From Kofleriaceae bacterium (GTDB lineage Bacteria; Myxococcota_A; Polyangia; Haliangiales; Haliangiaceae): a DNA stretch of 64,000 bases. Below, one piece after another: positions 19,611-28,045 of this stretch (position 1 is its first letter; each line of letters opens with the position of its first letter). The notes beneath the pieces are model-generated. The model was not told the DNA's origin and ran no database searches. It saw only the letters and a program-made list of their open reading frames with translations. The DNA lies in the NCBI GenBank assembly GCA_965215005.1, contig CBDCCZ010000054.1:269069-333068 (forward strand), in the 5' to 3' direction. The position numbers and the translations under genes are program-made.

Positions 19611-20987
19611 ATGCGCGTTCGCACGGAAAAGGGCAACGCCCACAACTTCGCCCCCGGATATCGCTTCGGACGCTACACCGTTCAACGATTGCTGGCGCGC
19701 GGAGGCATGGGCGAGGTTTGGCTAGGGACAGTGAGCGGTCCGGGAGGCTTCGCAAAGCGGGTGGTGCTCAAGACCATCCTGCCGGAGCTCGCTGTCGATC
19801 AGAGCTATGTGCGCATGTTCATCAACGAGGCCTCGCTCGCCGCGCGCCTCGATCACCCCAACATCGTCCAGGTGTTCGACCTGGGTGAGCTCGATGGCGC
19901 GTACTACATCGCCATGGAGTACGTGGCGGGGGCGACGCTGTTGCAGCTCGCCGCGTCACACGCTCGGCAAGGTCGGTTGTTGCCGCGGTGGTTCGTCGCC
20001 GCGGTAATCGCCGAGGCGTGCGACGGCCTGCAGTACGCGCATGAGTTCGTGGACGAGGAGCTCGAATCGGCGGGCGTGCTGCACCGCGACATCAGCTTGA
20101 GCAACGTGATCGTCTCGAGCGCTGGACGAGTCGCGCTGCTCGACTTCGGTGTTGCTACGGCCGCCGATGGACCCGACAAGACCCAGTCTGGCTCGCTCAA
20201 AGGCAAGTTCCAGTACATGGCGCCCGAGCGGATTCGCGGCAGCGATGCCGACCGCCGCTCCGATATCTACTCCGTCGGGGTGCTGCTCTATGAGCTGCTG
20301 GTGGGGCGCAAACCGTTTCGCGGACGCACCGAATACGAGCTGTTCCGCTCAATCTTGGCGGCGGATGCGCCCGCTCCTAGCGAGCTCACCGCGGGGGTCC
20401 CGCCGGAGCTAGACGCGATCGTAGCGCGCGCGATGGCCGCCGACGCCGAACATCGATACCAAAGCGCCGACGCGCTCGCCTTCGACTTGCGCGGCTTCGT
20501 GCGCATGACCGAAGCGCCTGGCGAGCGCGCCGATATCGCTGCCTTCGTGCGCGCCGCGTCCGAAGACGATGAGCCGCTCATCGAGCAGTCCTACGACGAC
20601 ATCTCCTCTGTGCTCGCCGAGCTTCCTTCGGTCGATATCCAGCTAGAGGAAGAGGGCTCGCTGAGCGCTCATTTTGCTGCGGCTTCGGAGGCGTCGTGGA
20701 GCCCATCATTAGATGACGCCGCTGGGGGTGAGCCCGAGGACGTGCTGCGCCAGCGGTGGCCGCGCGCGTCCTCCTCGCTTCCCGAGGTGCCGGTTCAAAC
20801 GGCCACCTCCGGAGACCTGTTTCCTGAGCTCACCCCAACTCGGCGCACTGTCATTCGTGAGGTCGCCGACTTGTTCAGCGCCCCGGCAGACGCCGCGAAT
20901 CGCACCTCAGATGTCTTCGAGACGACGCCGCGTGACGGCGTTCGCGCCGAGGGCCGTTGGCCCTGGCTAGACAAAGAACGCAAGTAA
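19611..20987 (+). CDS. Cytoplasmic Ser/Thr protein kinase with an acidic C-terminal tail
   Basis: LARGGMGEVW, VVLK, HRDISLSNV, DFG, KGKFQYMAPE; no TM segment. Confidence 0.9.
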   Translation: MRVRTEKGNAHNFAPGYRFGRYTVQRLLARGGMGEVWLGTVSGPGGFAKRVVLKTILPELAVDQSYVRMFINEASLAARLDHPNIVQVFDLGELDGAYYIAMEYVAGATLLQLAASHARQGRLLPRWFVAAVIAEACDGLQYAHEFVDEELESAGVLHRDISLSNVIVSSAGRVALLDFGVATAADGPDKTQSGSLKGKFQYMAPERIRGSDADRRSDIYSVGVLLYELLVGRKPFRGRTEYELFRSILAADAPAPSELTAGVPPELDAIVARAMAADAEHRYQSADALAFDLRGFVRMTEAPGERADIAAFVRAASEDDEPLIEQSYDDISSVLAELPSVDIQLEEEGSLSAHFAAASEASWSPSLDDAAGGEPEDVLRQRWPRASSSLPEVPVQTATSGDLFPELTPTRRTVIREVADLFSAPADAANRTSDVFETTPRDGVRAEGRWPWLDKERK

Positions 20988-21000
20988 CCTGGAGGAATTT

Positions 21001-21369
21001 GTGGGAACCCTGGCTAAGAGCGTGAGTGATCAGTTGCGCGTACTGCGTACGAGCACACCGGAGATTCTCGGCGCCGTCGTCGTGACGATGGACGGTTTCG
21101 TGGTGTCGTCGGTGATCCCCTCGGAGGTCGACGAAGAGCTCATCGGCGGCATGGCAGCGGCGCTCTTGGGTGTGGGCGAGCGTATTGCCCATGACTTGAT
21201 GCGAGCGAGCATGGAGCAGGTCTACGTTCGCTCTCCCAAGGGATACGTAGTAATCAACGCAATCTCCAAAGATAGCGCCTTGGTTCTGTTGGTTACGCGG
21301 GAGGCAAAGCTCGGCCTCATCTTCCTGGAGCTGAAACGAGCTATTGCCGAACTGGCGAGGGTGATGTAA
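21001..21369 (+). CDS. Roadblock/LC7 (MglB-like) domain protein
   Basis: GAVVVTMDGFVVSS, MAAALLGVGER, EQVYV..KGYVV, KLGLIFLELKRA; GGAGG RBS. Confidence 0.9.
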   Translation: MGTLAKSVSDQLRVLRTSTPEILGAVVVTMDGFVVSSVIPSEVDEELIGGMAAALLGVGERIAHDLMRASMEQVYVRSPKGYVVINAISKDSALVLLVTREAKLGLIFLELKRAIAELARVM

Positions 21370-21374
21370 GAAGG

Positions 21375-22163
21375 GTGCGGGAAGGGGGGAACTTGTCAGC
21401 AGGGGGACCAGCAAAGATCGGATGTGCGTTAGCCTTGTTGGTTGGGCTGGCGGACCTCATGGTGCTCAACTTGCAACTTGCGCCGGCAGCGATGCGTGCC
21501 GACGAGGCTCCGCCCGAGGTAATGATGGCGGCTGGCTCGACGCAGCCCGCAGCAGCCAAGGCAGTGGTTCGAGCAATGCCACATGCTGCTGCTCGAACAG
21601 CCGCGAGTGCAGTAATCAATCCGCAGGCAGACCAACGCGCAGGTCATGACGAGACAATTTCCGACACAGCGGCGGATCCGGAGGCTGAGCTCGTTGCCAC
21701 GCTAGATCCTCCGTCTGAAGCGCCTGCTGGTGAGGCGCCCGCCTACGAGGTGACTGAAGATGCGACTGAAATCGAGGACGAGGCTTCGCCGGAGTCGAGT
21801 GACCCGCTGCCACGCCTGGTCTCGTCGGTCGCAATCTACTTCACGACCGATCGAGCAACGCTAGGTCCAAGGGCGCAGGAGCGGCTAACGATGTTTAGCA
21901 CCCGCATGCAACGAGCCTCGGGTCGCAGCGACGTGCGCGTGCACATCCGCGGCTATGCCGACCGGCGCGGAGACGATTCGTATAACGAGATTCTAAGCAG
22001 AAAACGGGCGGAGCGAGTTGCCTCCTATCTAAGCGAACTCGGTTTGGCGCCTGGCGCGATCGAGGTCGCTTGGTTTGGTGAAGACCCACAAGACTCTGTG
22101 CCGCTTTGGAAGATGCGCCGGGTGGACGTCGAGCTTGCACCCTTCGAGGAGGATGTCCCATGA
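21375..22163 (+). CDS. OmpA/MotB-family peptidoglycan-binding protein with an N-terminal membrane anchor
   Basis: Hydrophobic IGCALALLVGLADLMVLNLQL, acidic linker, IYF..DRATL, IRGYADRRGDDSYNEILSRKRAERV, RRVDV. Confidence 0.85.
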   Translation: MREGGNLSAGGPAKIGCALALLVGLADLMVLNLQLAPAAMRADEAPPEVMMAAGSTQPAAAKAVVRAMPHAAARTAASAVINPQADQRAGHDETISDTAADPEAELVATLDPPSEAPAGEAPAYEVTEDATEIEDEASPESSDPLPRLVSSVAIYFTTDRATLGPRAQERLTMFSTRMQRASGRSDVRVHIRGYADRRGDDSYNEILSRKRAERVASYLSELGLAPGAIEVAWFGEDPQDSVPLWKMRRVDVELAPFEEDVP

Positions 22164-22861
22164 GTCCCATCGCGCTTGTATGGTTGGCTTCGCTCCTCGG
22201 AGCTGTGGCGTTCTTCACTGCGGGCGCGCTGTTTGCGCGGAGTCGTCGTGCGCCCGCGCAGCCGGCGATAAATGTCCTCGGGCCGAGAAGCCAAGAGGAA
22301 GACCCATGGGAGTCGGCGCCGGCGCTGGCGCAAATACAGAAGTTGCGCCAGGAAAACGCCGAGCTTCGGCTCCTGGCTGAGCAGAATGCCGCTTTGCAGC
22401 AGCGATTGGATGCTGCGCAAGTCGAGCTTTCGACTCACGAAGAGCACTCTCGTCTCACCACGGTGCCGACGATCTCACTGCCAAGAGCTCCGACCGACGG
22501 ACTCACCACGGCCGCTGCGTTGGAAACGCTATTGGCACGTATCGCGGCAACCGAGGGCATTCGAGCGGTCGTGCTAGCAGATGATATCGGATTGCCGGTG
22601 GCGGGAATTGGCGAATATACCAATCAGCTGTCAGCCTTCGCCGGGTTCATTCGCGACGTTGGCAATAAGACGATGAATCACTTGGCGATGCGCGAGCTCA
22701 TTCGCATCGAGTTGGAAGACGTTGCCGGTACCACCCTCACCGCATGCCCCTTGCGGACGGGAGACGTTGAGCTGTCGTTGGTCACCTTGAGCGTTGGGGC
22801 GAAACCCAGTACGCAACACATGAGTCGGATCCTCGAATCCGCAGGGAGGATGTTCCAATGA
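22160..22861 (+). CDS. Membrane-anchored coiled-coil protein with a C-terminal Roadblock/LC7-like domain
   Basis: N-terminal TM helix, coiled coil QIQKLRQENAELR...AAQVEL, then GIRAVVLADDIGLPVAG Roadblock signature; ATGA-coupled on both sides. Confidence 0.7.
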   Translation: MSPIALVWLASLLGAVAFFTAGALFARSRRAPAQPAINVLGPRSQEEDPWESAPALAQIQKLRQENAELRLLAEQNAALQQRLDAAQVELSTHEEHSRLTTVPTISLPRAPTDGLTTAAALETLLARIAATEGIRAVVLADDIGLPVAGIGEYTNQLSAFAGFIRDVGNKTMNHLAMRELIRIELEDVAGTTLTACPLRTGDVELSLVTLSVGAKPSTQHMSRILESAGRMFQ

Positions 22862-23685
22862 ATCTGCTCCAACAGCGTCCACCACACTCCTACGAGCCCG
22901 CTCTGGCGGAGCCCACTGCATTCGACGCCCTCGAGCTCGATCTAGTGGGGTTGCGGCATGATCTGATGAGCCACGAGCTCTACCCGCTGGTGGATAGCAT
23001 CCCGCGGCTGCGCGTGTTTATGCAGGTCCATGTGTTTGCGGTGTGGGACTTCATGTCCCTCGTAAAGCGTCTGCAAGCGGACCTTGCGGGCACGCAGCTG
23101 CCGTGGCGACCCCCGGTCAGCAAGTCTCTGTCGCGGTTCATCAACGAGGTCGTTTTGACCGAGGAATCCGATCAGGGGCCGGACGGGGAGCCGGAGAGCC
23201 ACCTCGAAATTTATCTCGGGGCGATGGAGGAGATCGGCGCGCCGACCCGCCAGTTCCGCACCTTTCTCGAGCACATCACCGCGGGCGCTTCGGTCCGCGC
23301 GGCGCTGCGCGCGGTAGACGCGCCGCGGTTCGTTCGTCGCTTTGTCAGCTCGACCATCGAATGCGCGATCGAAGGCAGCTCGGCCGAGGTTGCTTCGTCG
23401 TTCCTGTTTGGTCGTGAGGACCTGATTCCCGACATGTTCCAGCGGATCCTTCGTCCGTGGCCAAAGAACGACCTGTCGATCCGACGCTTCCGATTCTATC
23501 TCGAGCGCCACATCGAGCTCGATGGCGATGAGCACGGCCCAATTGCCCGGCGTGCGCTCACCGAGATGGCGGGCACGGATGATCGGCAGTGGAAGATGGC
23601 TCGGAAATCGGCTCGGCGAGCGATTATCTCGCGCGTTCGCCTGTGGGACGGCGTTTGTCGGATCATCCGCGAGGGCAAGGTCTAA
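22858..23685 (+). CDS. DUF3050 family heme-oxygenase-like (HDO) diiron protein
   Basis: FMQVHVFAVWDFMSLVKRLQ, RFINEVVLTEESD, SHLEIYL, GREDLIPDMF, YLERHIELDGDEHGP, RVRLWD. Confidence 0.88.
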   Translation: MNLLQQRPPHSYEPALAEPTAFDALELDLVGLRHDLMSHELYPLVDSIPRLRVFMQVHVFAVWDFMSLVKRLQADLAGTQLPWRPPVSKSLSRFINEVVLTEESDQGPDGEPESHLEIYLGAMEEIGAPTRQFRTFLEHITAGASVRAALRAVDAPRFVRRFVSSTIECAIEGSSAEVASSFLFGREDLIPDMFQRILRPWPKNDLSIRRFRFYLERHIELDGDEHGPIARRALTEMAGTDDRQWKMARKSARRAIISRVRLWDGVCRIIREGKV

Positions 23686-23840
23686 AAGCAGCTCGATGCA
23701 GGCTGGTCTCAGCGCAGCTCGTGCGCTGAGCCGAGCCGCATCCACGAGCTCAGCATGACGAGACTCGTGGGTTGCCCTAGCAAAGGCTGCTAGGTGAGAC
23801 TCTGGCCGGTATCTGCGCTTGCAGCTGGGCGCTGCTAGCG

Positions 23841-24284
23841 CTACGCCCAGGGCATTGCGAGCGCTGCAGCGTCGGGTCCGCCATTGCCGATCATGACGGT
23901 GGCCACCGGCACGATCACCACGGCGTTCATCTTCATGCCGAGATCGTTGCATGAGGTCGCCGGATCCGTCACTCGCGCCGCCGGCTTGCCGTTGATCTTC
24001 ACGGTGAACGAGCCAAGCTCGATGGTGGCGCTGTTTTGCGCCGGACGCTGAAACGTGGTTCCCGGCGGGGTTGGCAAGTGTACCGGCAGGTTGGTCGCCT
24101 GCGACCCCTGGGTGGCCGCTTTGCGATTGTCGATGAAGACGTCGCTCGAGAGCCCGGTGTCGAGTTTGCCGTAAAAGACGTGGGGCAGTGGTGTTGGCAC
24201 CGGTCCGCCAGGCGAGGGCACCATCACGATGTGCACGTCGAGGCCCTGAACGAAGTCATTTTCCTTGGCGGCGGGAAGACCCAT
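23841..24284 (-). CDS. PAAR-domain (spike tip) protein
   Basis: PAAK..D...G.DVH, SSDVFIDNRKAA, GSFTVKINGKPAARVTD...C. Confidence 0.8.
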   Translation of the reverse strand: MGLPAAKENDFVQGLDVHIVMVPSPGGPVPTPLPHVFYGKLDTGLSSDVFIDNRKAATQGSQATNLPVHLPTPPGTTFQRPAQNSATIELGSFTVKINGKPAARVTDPATSCNDLGMKMNAVVIVPVATVMIGNGGPDAAALAMPWA

Positions 24285-24323
24285 CGCTCAATTCTACGCC
24301 GAAGCGGACCGATGCCTTCCGCG

Positions 24324-25733
24324 CTAGCGCGGCGAATCGCAAACGTCGAATATCTTCCCAGGGTTGAGTAAATTCTGCGGGTCGAGCGCGCATTTGATCG
24401 CACGCTGGAGCGCCACTTCGGCGGGAGAGCGTGAGTACCCAAGGTAGTCTTTCTTGACGAGGCCGATGCCGTGTTCGGCTGAGATGCTTCCCCCGTAGCG
24501 CTGGACCAACGAAAAGATCACGTGGTCGGCGCGCTGGGTGCGACTGCGAAACGTCGCCTCGTCCATGTCGTCTGGCTTGATGGTGTTGATGTGTAGGTTG
24601 CCATCACCGACATGGCCAAAGAGGCAGATCTCCCAACCCGGATACTCCGCGGCGAACACCGCCTCGAGCTCGGAGATGAATGCAGCGAGGGCGGCCACCG
24701 GCAGAGCGACATCATTCTTGTGAGGCACACCGGTGGCGTTGATGCTTTCGCTGATGCCTTCGCGAAGCTCCCAAAGTGCGCGCGCTTGCGCTCGACCGTA
24801 GCTAACCGCTGCATCGAGCACTCCTGGCAGCGCGAGTGCTTCGGCGAGCCAGTCTAGGAGCGCCTCTTCCTCTGCGCCCTCGAGCTCGACCAGGACGTAT
24901 GTCGATGCCGCTAGCGGCGGAGTAAGCTTGCGGTGTCGTGTCAGTCGCGCCATGCAGCGGTCGGTGAACATCTCATAAGCCGCAAGCGTAAAATTGCTGC
25001 GCCGCACGTTCGTCAATAGGCACATCGCTGCCGCGGGGTCGGATACTGCAAACAACAGCACGCGACCTTCTCTTGGCAATTGCGTTAGCTTGAGCGTAGC
25101 CGCGGTGATGAGCCCGAGGGTCCCTTCCGAGCCAATGAAGAGCTGGCGCAGGTCGATGCCGGTGTTGTCCTTCTCGAGCGCGCCCCCCAGCTCGAGCTGC
25201 TCTCCTGCCGCAGTGACCACCGCGAGCCCGAGCACCCAATTGCGAGCATGACCGTAGCGAATGACGCGAACGCCTCCGGCGTTGGTGGCCAAGTTTCCGC
25301 CGATATGGCTCGATCCCTTCGCGGCCAGCTCGATCGGCCAGTACAGACCATGAGCAGCACATGCCTGGTGCACTGCTGCTGTGACGGCGCCCGCCTCCAC
25401 ACGAACGGTCTGTCCCGCCACATCAACAGCACCGATTCGGTGCATGCGCTCGAGCGACACGATGACCTCGCCCCGCACCGCGACGGCGCCTCCGACCAAG
25501 CCGGTTCGGCCGCCCGAGGGAACCATGGCGACTCGATGTTGCGCGCACAGCCGCACCAGCTCCGCGACCTCGTCGGCACTGCGCGGAAACGCCAGAGCCG
25601 AGGGCGCGGCATCGTAGCGGCGCAGCCAGTCGGTGCCGTACCGGGCCAGCTCGGGTGGCTCGAGTGACAGGAAGTCGGCAGGAAACTCGCGGCGAATCGC
25701 CATCAATAGTGGCGCGGGCAGCGCGTGGGCCAT
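24324..25733 (-). CDS. FAD-linked oxidase (D-2-hydroxyglutarate/D-lactate dehydrogenase family)
   Basis: PSGGRTGLVGG, IGGNLATNAGG, FIGSEGTLG, FGHVGDGNLH, SISAEHGIG, LDPQNLLNPGK. Confidence 0.92.
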   Translation of the reverse strand: MAHALPAPLLMAIRREFPADFLSLEPPELARYGTDWLRRYDAAPSALAFPRSADEVAELVRLCAQHRVAMVPSGGRTGLVGGAVAVRGEVIVSLERMHRIGAVDVAGQTVRVEAGAVTAAVHQACAAHGLYWPIELAAKGSSHIGGNLATNAGGVRVIRYGHARNWVLGLAVVTAAGEQLELGGALEKDNTGIDLRQLFIGSEGTLGLITAATLKLTQLPREGRVLLFAVSDPAAAMCLLTNVRRSNFTLAAYEMFTDRCMARLTRHRKLTPPLAASTYVLVELEGAEEEALLDWLAEALALPGVLDAAVSYGRAQARALWELREGISESINATGVPHKNDVALPVAALAAFISELEAVFAAEYPGWEICLFGHVGDGNLHINTIKPDDMDEATFRSRTQRADHVIFSLVQRYGGSISAEHGIGLVKKDYLGYSRSPAEVALQRAIKCALDPQNLLNPGKIFDVCDSPR

Positions 25734-25788
25734 CAAAATGCAAGCTAGCACTCGCCACGGCGGCTGACGCTATGTAGTTTGCGACTCC

Positions 25789-26973
25789 ATGGCTGCGCTG
25801 CCCAAGCGAACCTCAGCGGCCGATGCCGCGATTCCGGCTTCTGGCGACGCAATCTACGTTTCGCGGCCCAGCGGACTGCGACCGGGCAATCGAGTCACGC
25901 CGCTATTTGGTGGTGGTGAAGCCTATCCGGCGATGCTCAAGGCCATCCGTGATGCGCGTGCATCGGTGAATCTAGAGACCTACATCTTGGAGAGCGATGC
26001 TACCGGCTGGCGCTTTGCCGAGGCTTTACGCGAGCGTGCGCGCGCTGGAGTGATGACTCGCCTCCTTTACGATGCCGTTGGCGGCATGACAGTCACTGCA
26101 GAGTTTCTCGCTGCGCTGCGCAGCGACGGCGTTCAGGTCGTCGAATATCACCCGGTGGTTCCGTGGCGAAAGCGCTTCAACCTCAGCCGTCGCGACCACC
26201 GCAAGATCCTCGTGGTCGACGAGGTTGTCGCGTTCACCGGCGGTCTCAACATTGGCGATGACTACGCTGCGGTCGAGGACGGCGGTCGCGGCTGGTACGA
26301 CGTCCACTGCGAAGTACGAGGACCGTGCGTTCAAGACTTTGCGCGCATGTTTCGCCGGGTGTGGATTAGCGAGGGCGGGCAGCCCTTCGAGCTCGCGAAA
26401 CAATCACCCACGGAGCAGGCCGGCGAGATGTTGGCGCGGGTGGTCGAGAACAAGAAGATCAGCAAGCGGTGGGCAATTCGTCGCGCCTATCTGCACGCAA
26501 TCCATCACGCGCGTCACAGCATTTGCGTGATGAATGCCTACTTCTTGCCGGACCGCCGCATCCGATGGGCGCTGCACCGCGCGGTTCGTCGCGGCGTTCG
26601 CGTATCGGTCATCGTTCCCGAAGATTCGGATGTTTCAGCCGTGGAATACGCCTCGAGCCACATGGCGGGCCGACTGCTGCGCAAGGGCGTCGAGTACTTC
26701 CAATGGCCGGAAACCATGATGCACGCCAAGACGGCGGTCATCGATGGGATCTGGTCAACCATCGGTAGCTACAACATCGATCATCGCAGCCTGTTCTACA
26801 ATCTGGAGGTCGTCATCGAGGTCATCGACCGCAGGCTTGGCGCACTGCTCGCCGAGCGTTTCCAGCGCGACTTGGCAGTTTGCAAGCCGATGACTCTTGA
26901 GGTGTGGAAGCGAAGATCATGGTGGCGCTGGCTAGGCGGCTGGTTCTTTTATCAGTTTCGCCGCTGGCTCTAG
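25789..26973 (+). CDS. clsB: Cardiolipin synthase (phospholipase D family, ClsB-like)
   Basis: Two HKD motifs: RDHRKILVVD and MMHAKTAVID; NLETYI; no N-terminal TM. Confidence 0.85.
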   Translation: MAALPKRTSAADAAIPASGDAIYVSRPSGLRPGNRVTPLFGGGEAYPAMLKAIRDARASVNLETYILESDATGWRFAEALRERARAGVMTRLLYDAVGGMTVTAEFLAALRSDGVQVVEYHPVVPWRKRFNLSRRDHRKILVVDEVVAFTGGLNIGDDYAAVEDGGRGWYDVHCEVRGPCVQDFARMFRRVWISEGGQPFELAKQSPTEQAGEMLARVVENKKISKRWAIRRAYLHAIHHARHSICVMNAYFLPDRRIRWALHRAVRRGVRVSVIVPEDSDVSAVEYASSHMAGRLLRKGVEYFQWPETMMHAKTAVIDGIWSTIGSYNIDHRSLFYNLEVVIEVIDRRLGALLAERFQRDLAVCKPMTLEVWKRRSWWRWLGGWFFYQFRRWL

Positions 26974-26986
26974 ACGACCTGCAGGA

Positions 26987-27907
26987 TCAAGCGCGCGGGC
27001 TCGGGCGGCGAAATCCCCACTTCGCCAGCTGCTTCGCGAGCACCACGGCAGTCACGATCGTGCCACCGGCGAAGAACACCACTGCGACATCGAGCCAACC
27101 GAGAAGCGCGAGCGCGAAGAACAGCAAGCAGAAGAAATCGCGTTTGAAGCAAAACTCGATCTTGGCAAACGGTCCGCCGCCGACGTCCCACTGAAACGCC
27201 TGCAGATTTCCTGAGCGATACACGGTCGCAATGGCGTAGTAGAGCACCGGTTGTGTCAACAAGAACAGGCCCGCGCCGATGAACCCTAACTTGCCAACCC
27301 AGTCATGCGACGCCACGTACGAGGCGCCGAGCAGGAAAGAGAGGTTGGAGAGGTCATCGCTCAGAGTATCGAGCCACTCGCCCAGTTTGCTGCCCTGAAA
27401 GCGCAAGCGCGACAGCTCGCCATCGGTGCCATCGAGCACCGACTGCAGCTGAAGCAGACCGGCACCAGCGACTCCGGCCCAGTACCCACCCATGGCTACG
27501 ACGAAACCGCTGGCGATTCCGAGCAGCATGGTGACCGCAGTGACGTGGTTCGGGCGGATTGAGGTGTACATCAGGCGTCGGGTGAGCGCGCCCGAGACCT
27601 TGCGATTGAGGTGACGAGAGACGGGGCCGTCGATGGGCTTGGTGAGACCCGCGATTAAGCGGTCTTCGATGGCGCGCAGGCCATCGGTGCAGACATTCAT
27701 CTCGTCATCCCCAACCAACACCACGCAGTCATCGATCACTCGGTCGGCGGCGGCCGCATCGTCGATGACTTGCACGCCGCGTTTGCTTAGCTCTTTCACC
27801 AAACGCTCGCGACGTGGCACACCGCACACGCGATCCGGTACCGGTCGAGCGCACTGACAGGATGTAATGGCCGCAGTACGGATTGCAGTTTGATCGGCTG
27901 TGCTCAC
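26987..27907 (-). CDS. CDP-alcohol phosphatidyltransferase family protein
   Basis: DGPVSRHLNR, PNHVT, LDGTDGELSR...GEWLDTLSD signature, several TM helices. Confidence 0.88.
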   Translation of the reverse strand: MSTADQTAIRTAAITSCQCARPVPDRVCGVPRRERLVKELSKRGVQVIDDAAAADRVIDDCVVLVGDDEMNVCTDGLRAIEDRLIAGLTKPIDGPVSRHLNRKVSGALTRRLMYTSIRPNHVTAVTMLLGIASGFVVAMGGYWAGVAGAGLLQLQSVLDGTDGELSRLRFQGSKLGEWLDTLSDDLSNLSFLLGASYVASHDWVGKLGFIGAGLFLLTQPVLYYAIATVYRSGNLQAFQWDVGGGPFAKIEFCFKRDFFCLLFFALALLGWLDVAVVFFAGGTIVTAVVLAKQLAKWGFRRPSPRA

Positions 27908-28045
27908 ACGGGCCTCCGCTCGCTGCTCGCAGCGTTAACACAAGGTCCCCAACGCCGGCAACCGCCGCTTCCGGCGGGAAATCGCGGCGCGCAGCAGCTC
28001 GAGCTGCCTTGCACCGTGAGCAGCGGACTGTAGAATCTGCCAGCT

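Noticed and set aside
21375..22861. Zorya-type anti-phage system (ZorB-like OmpA protein)
   Set aside because: No ZorA-like multi-TM protein, helicase or nuclease in the cluster
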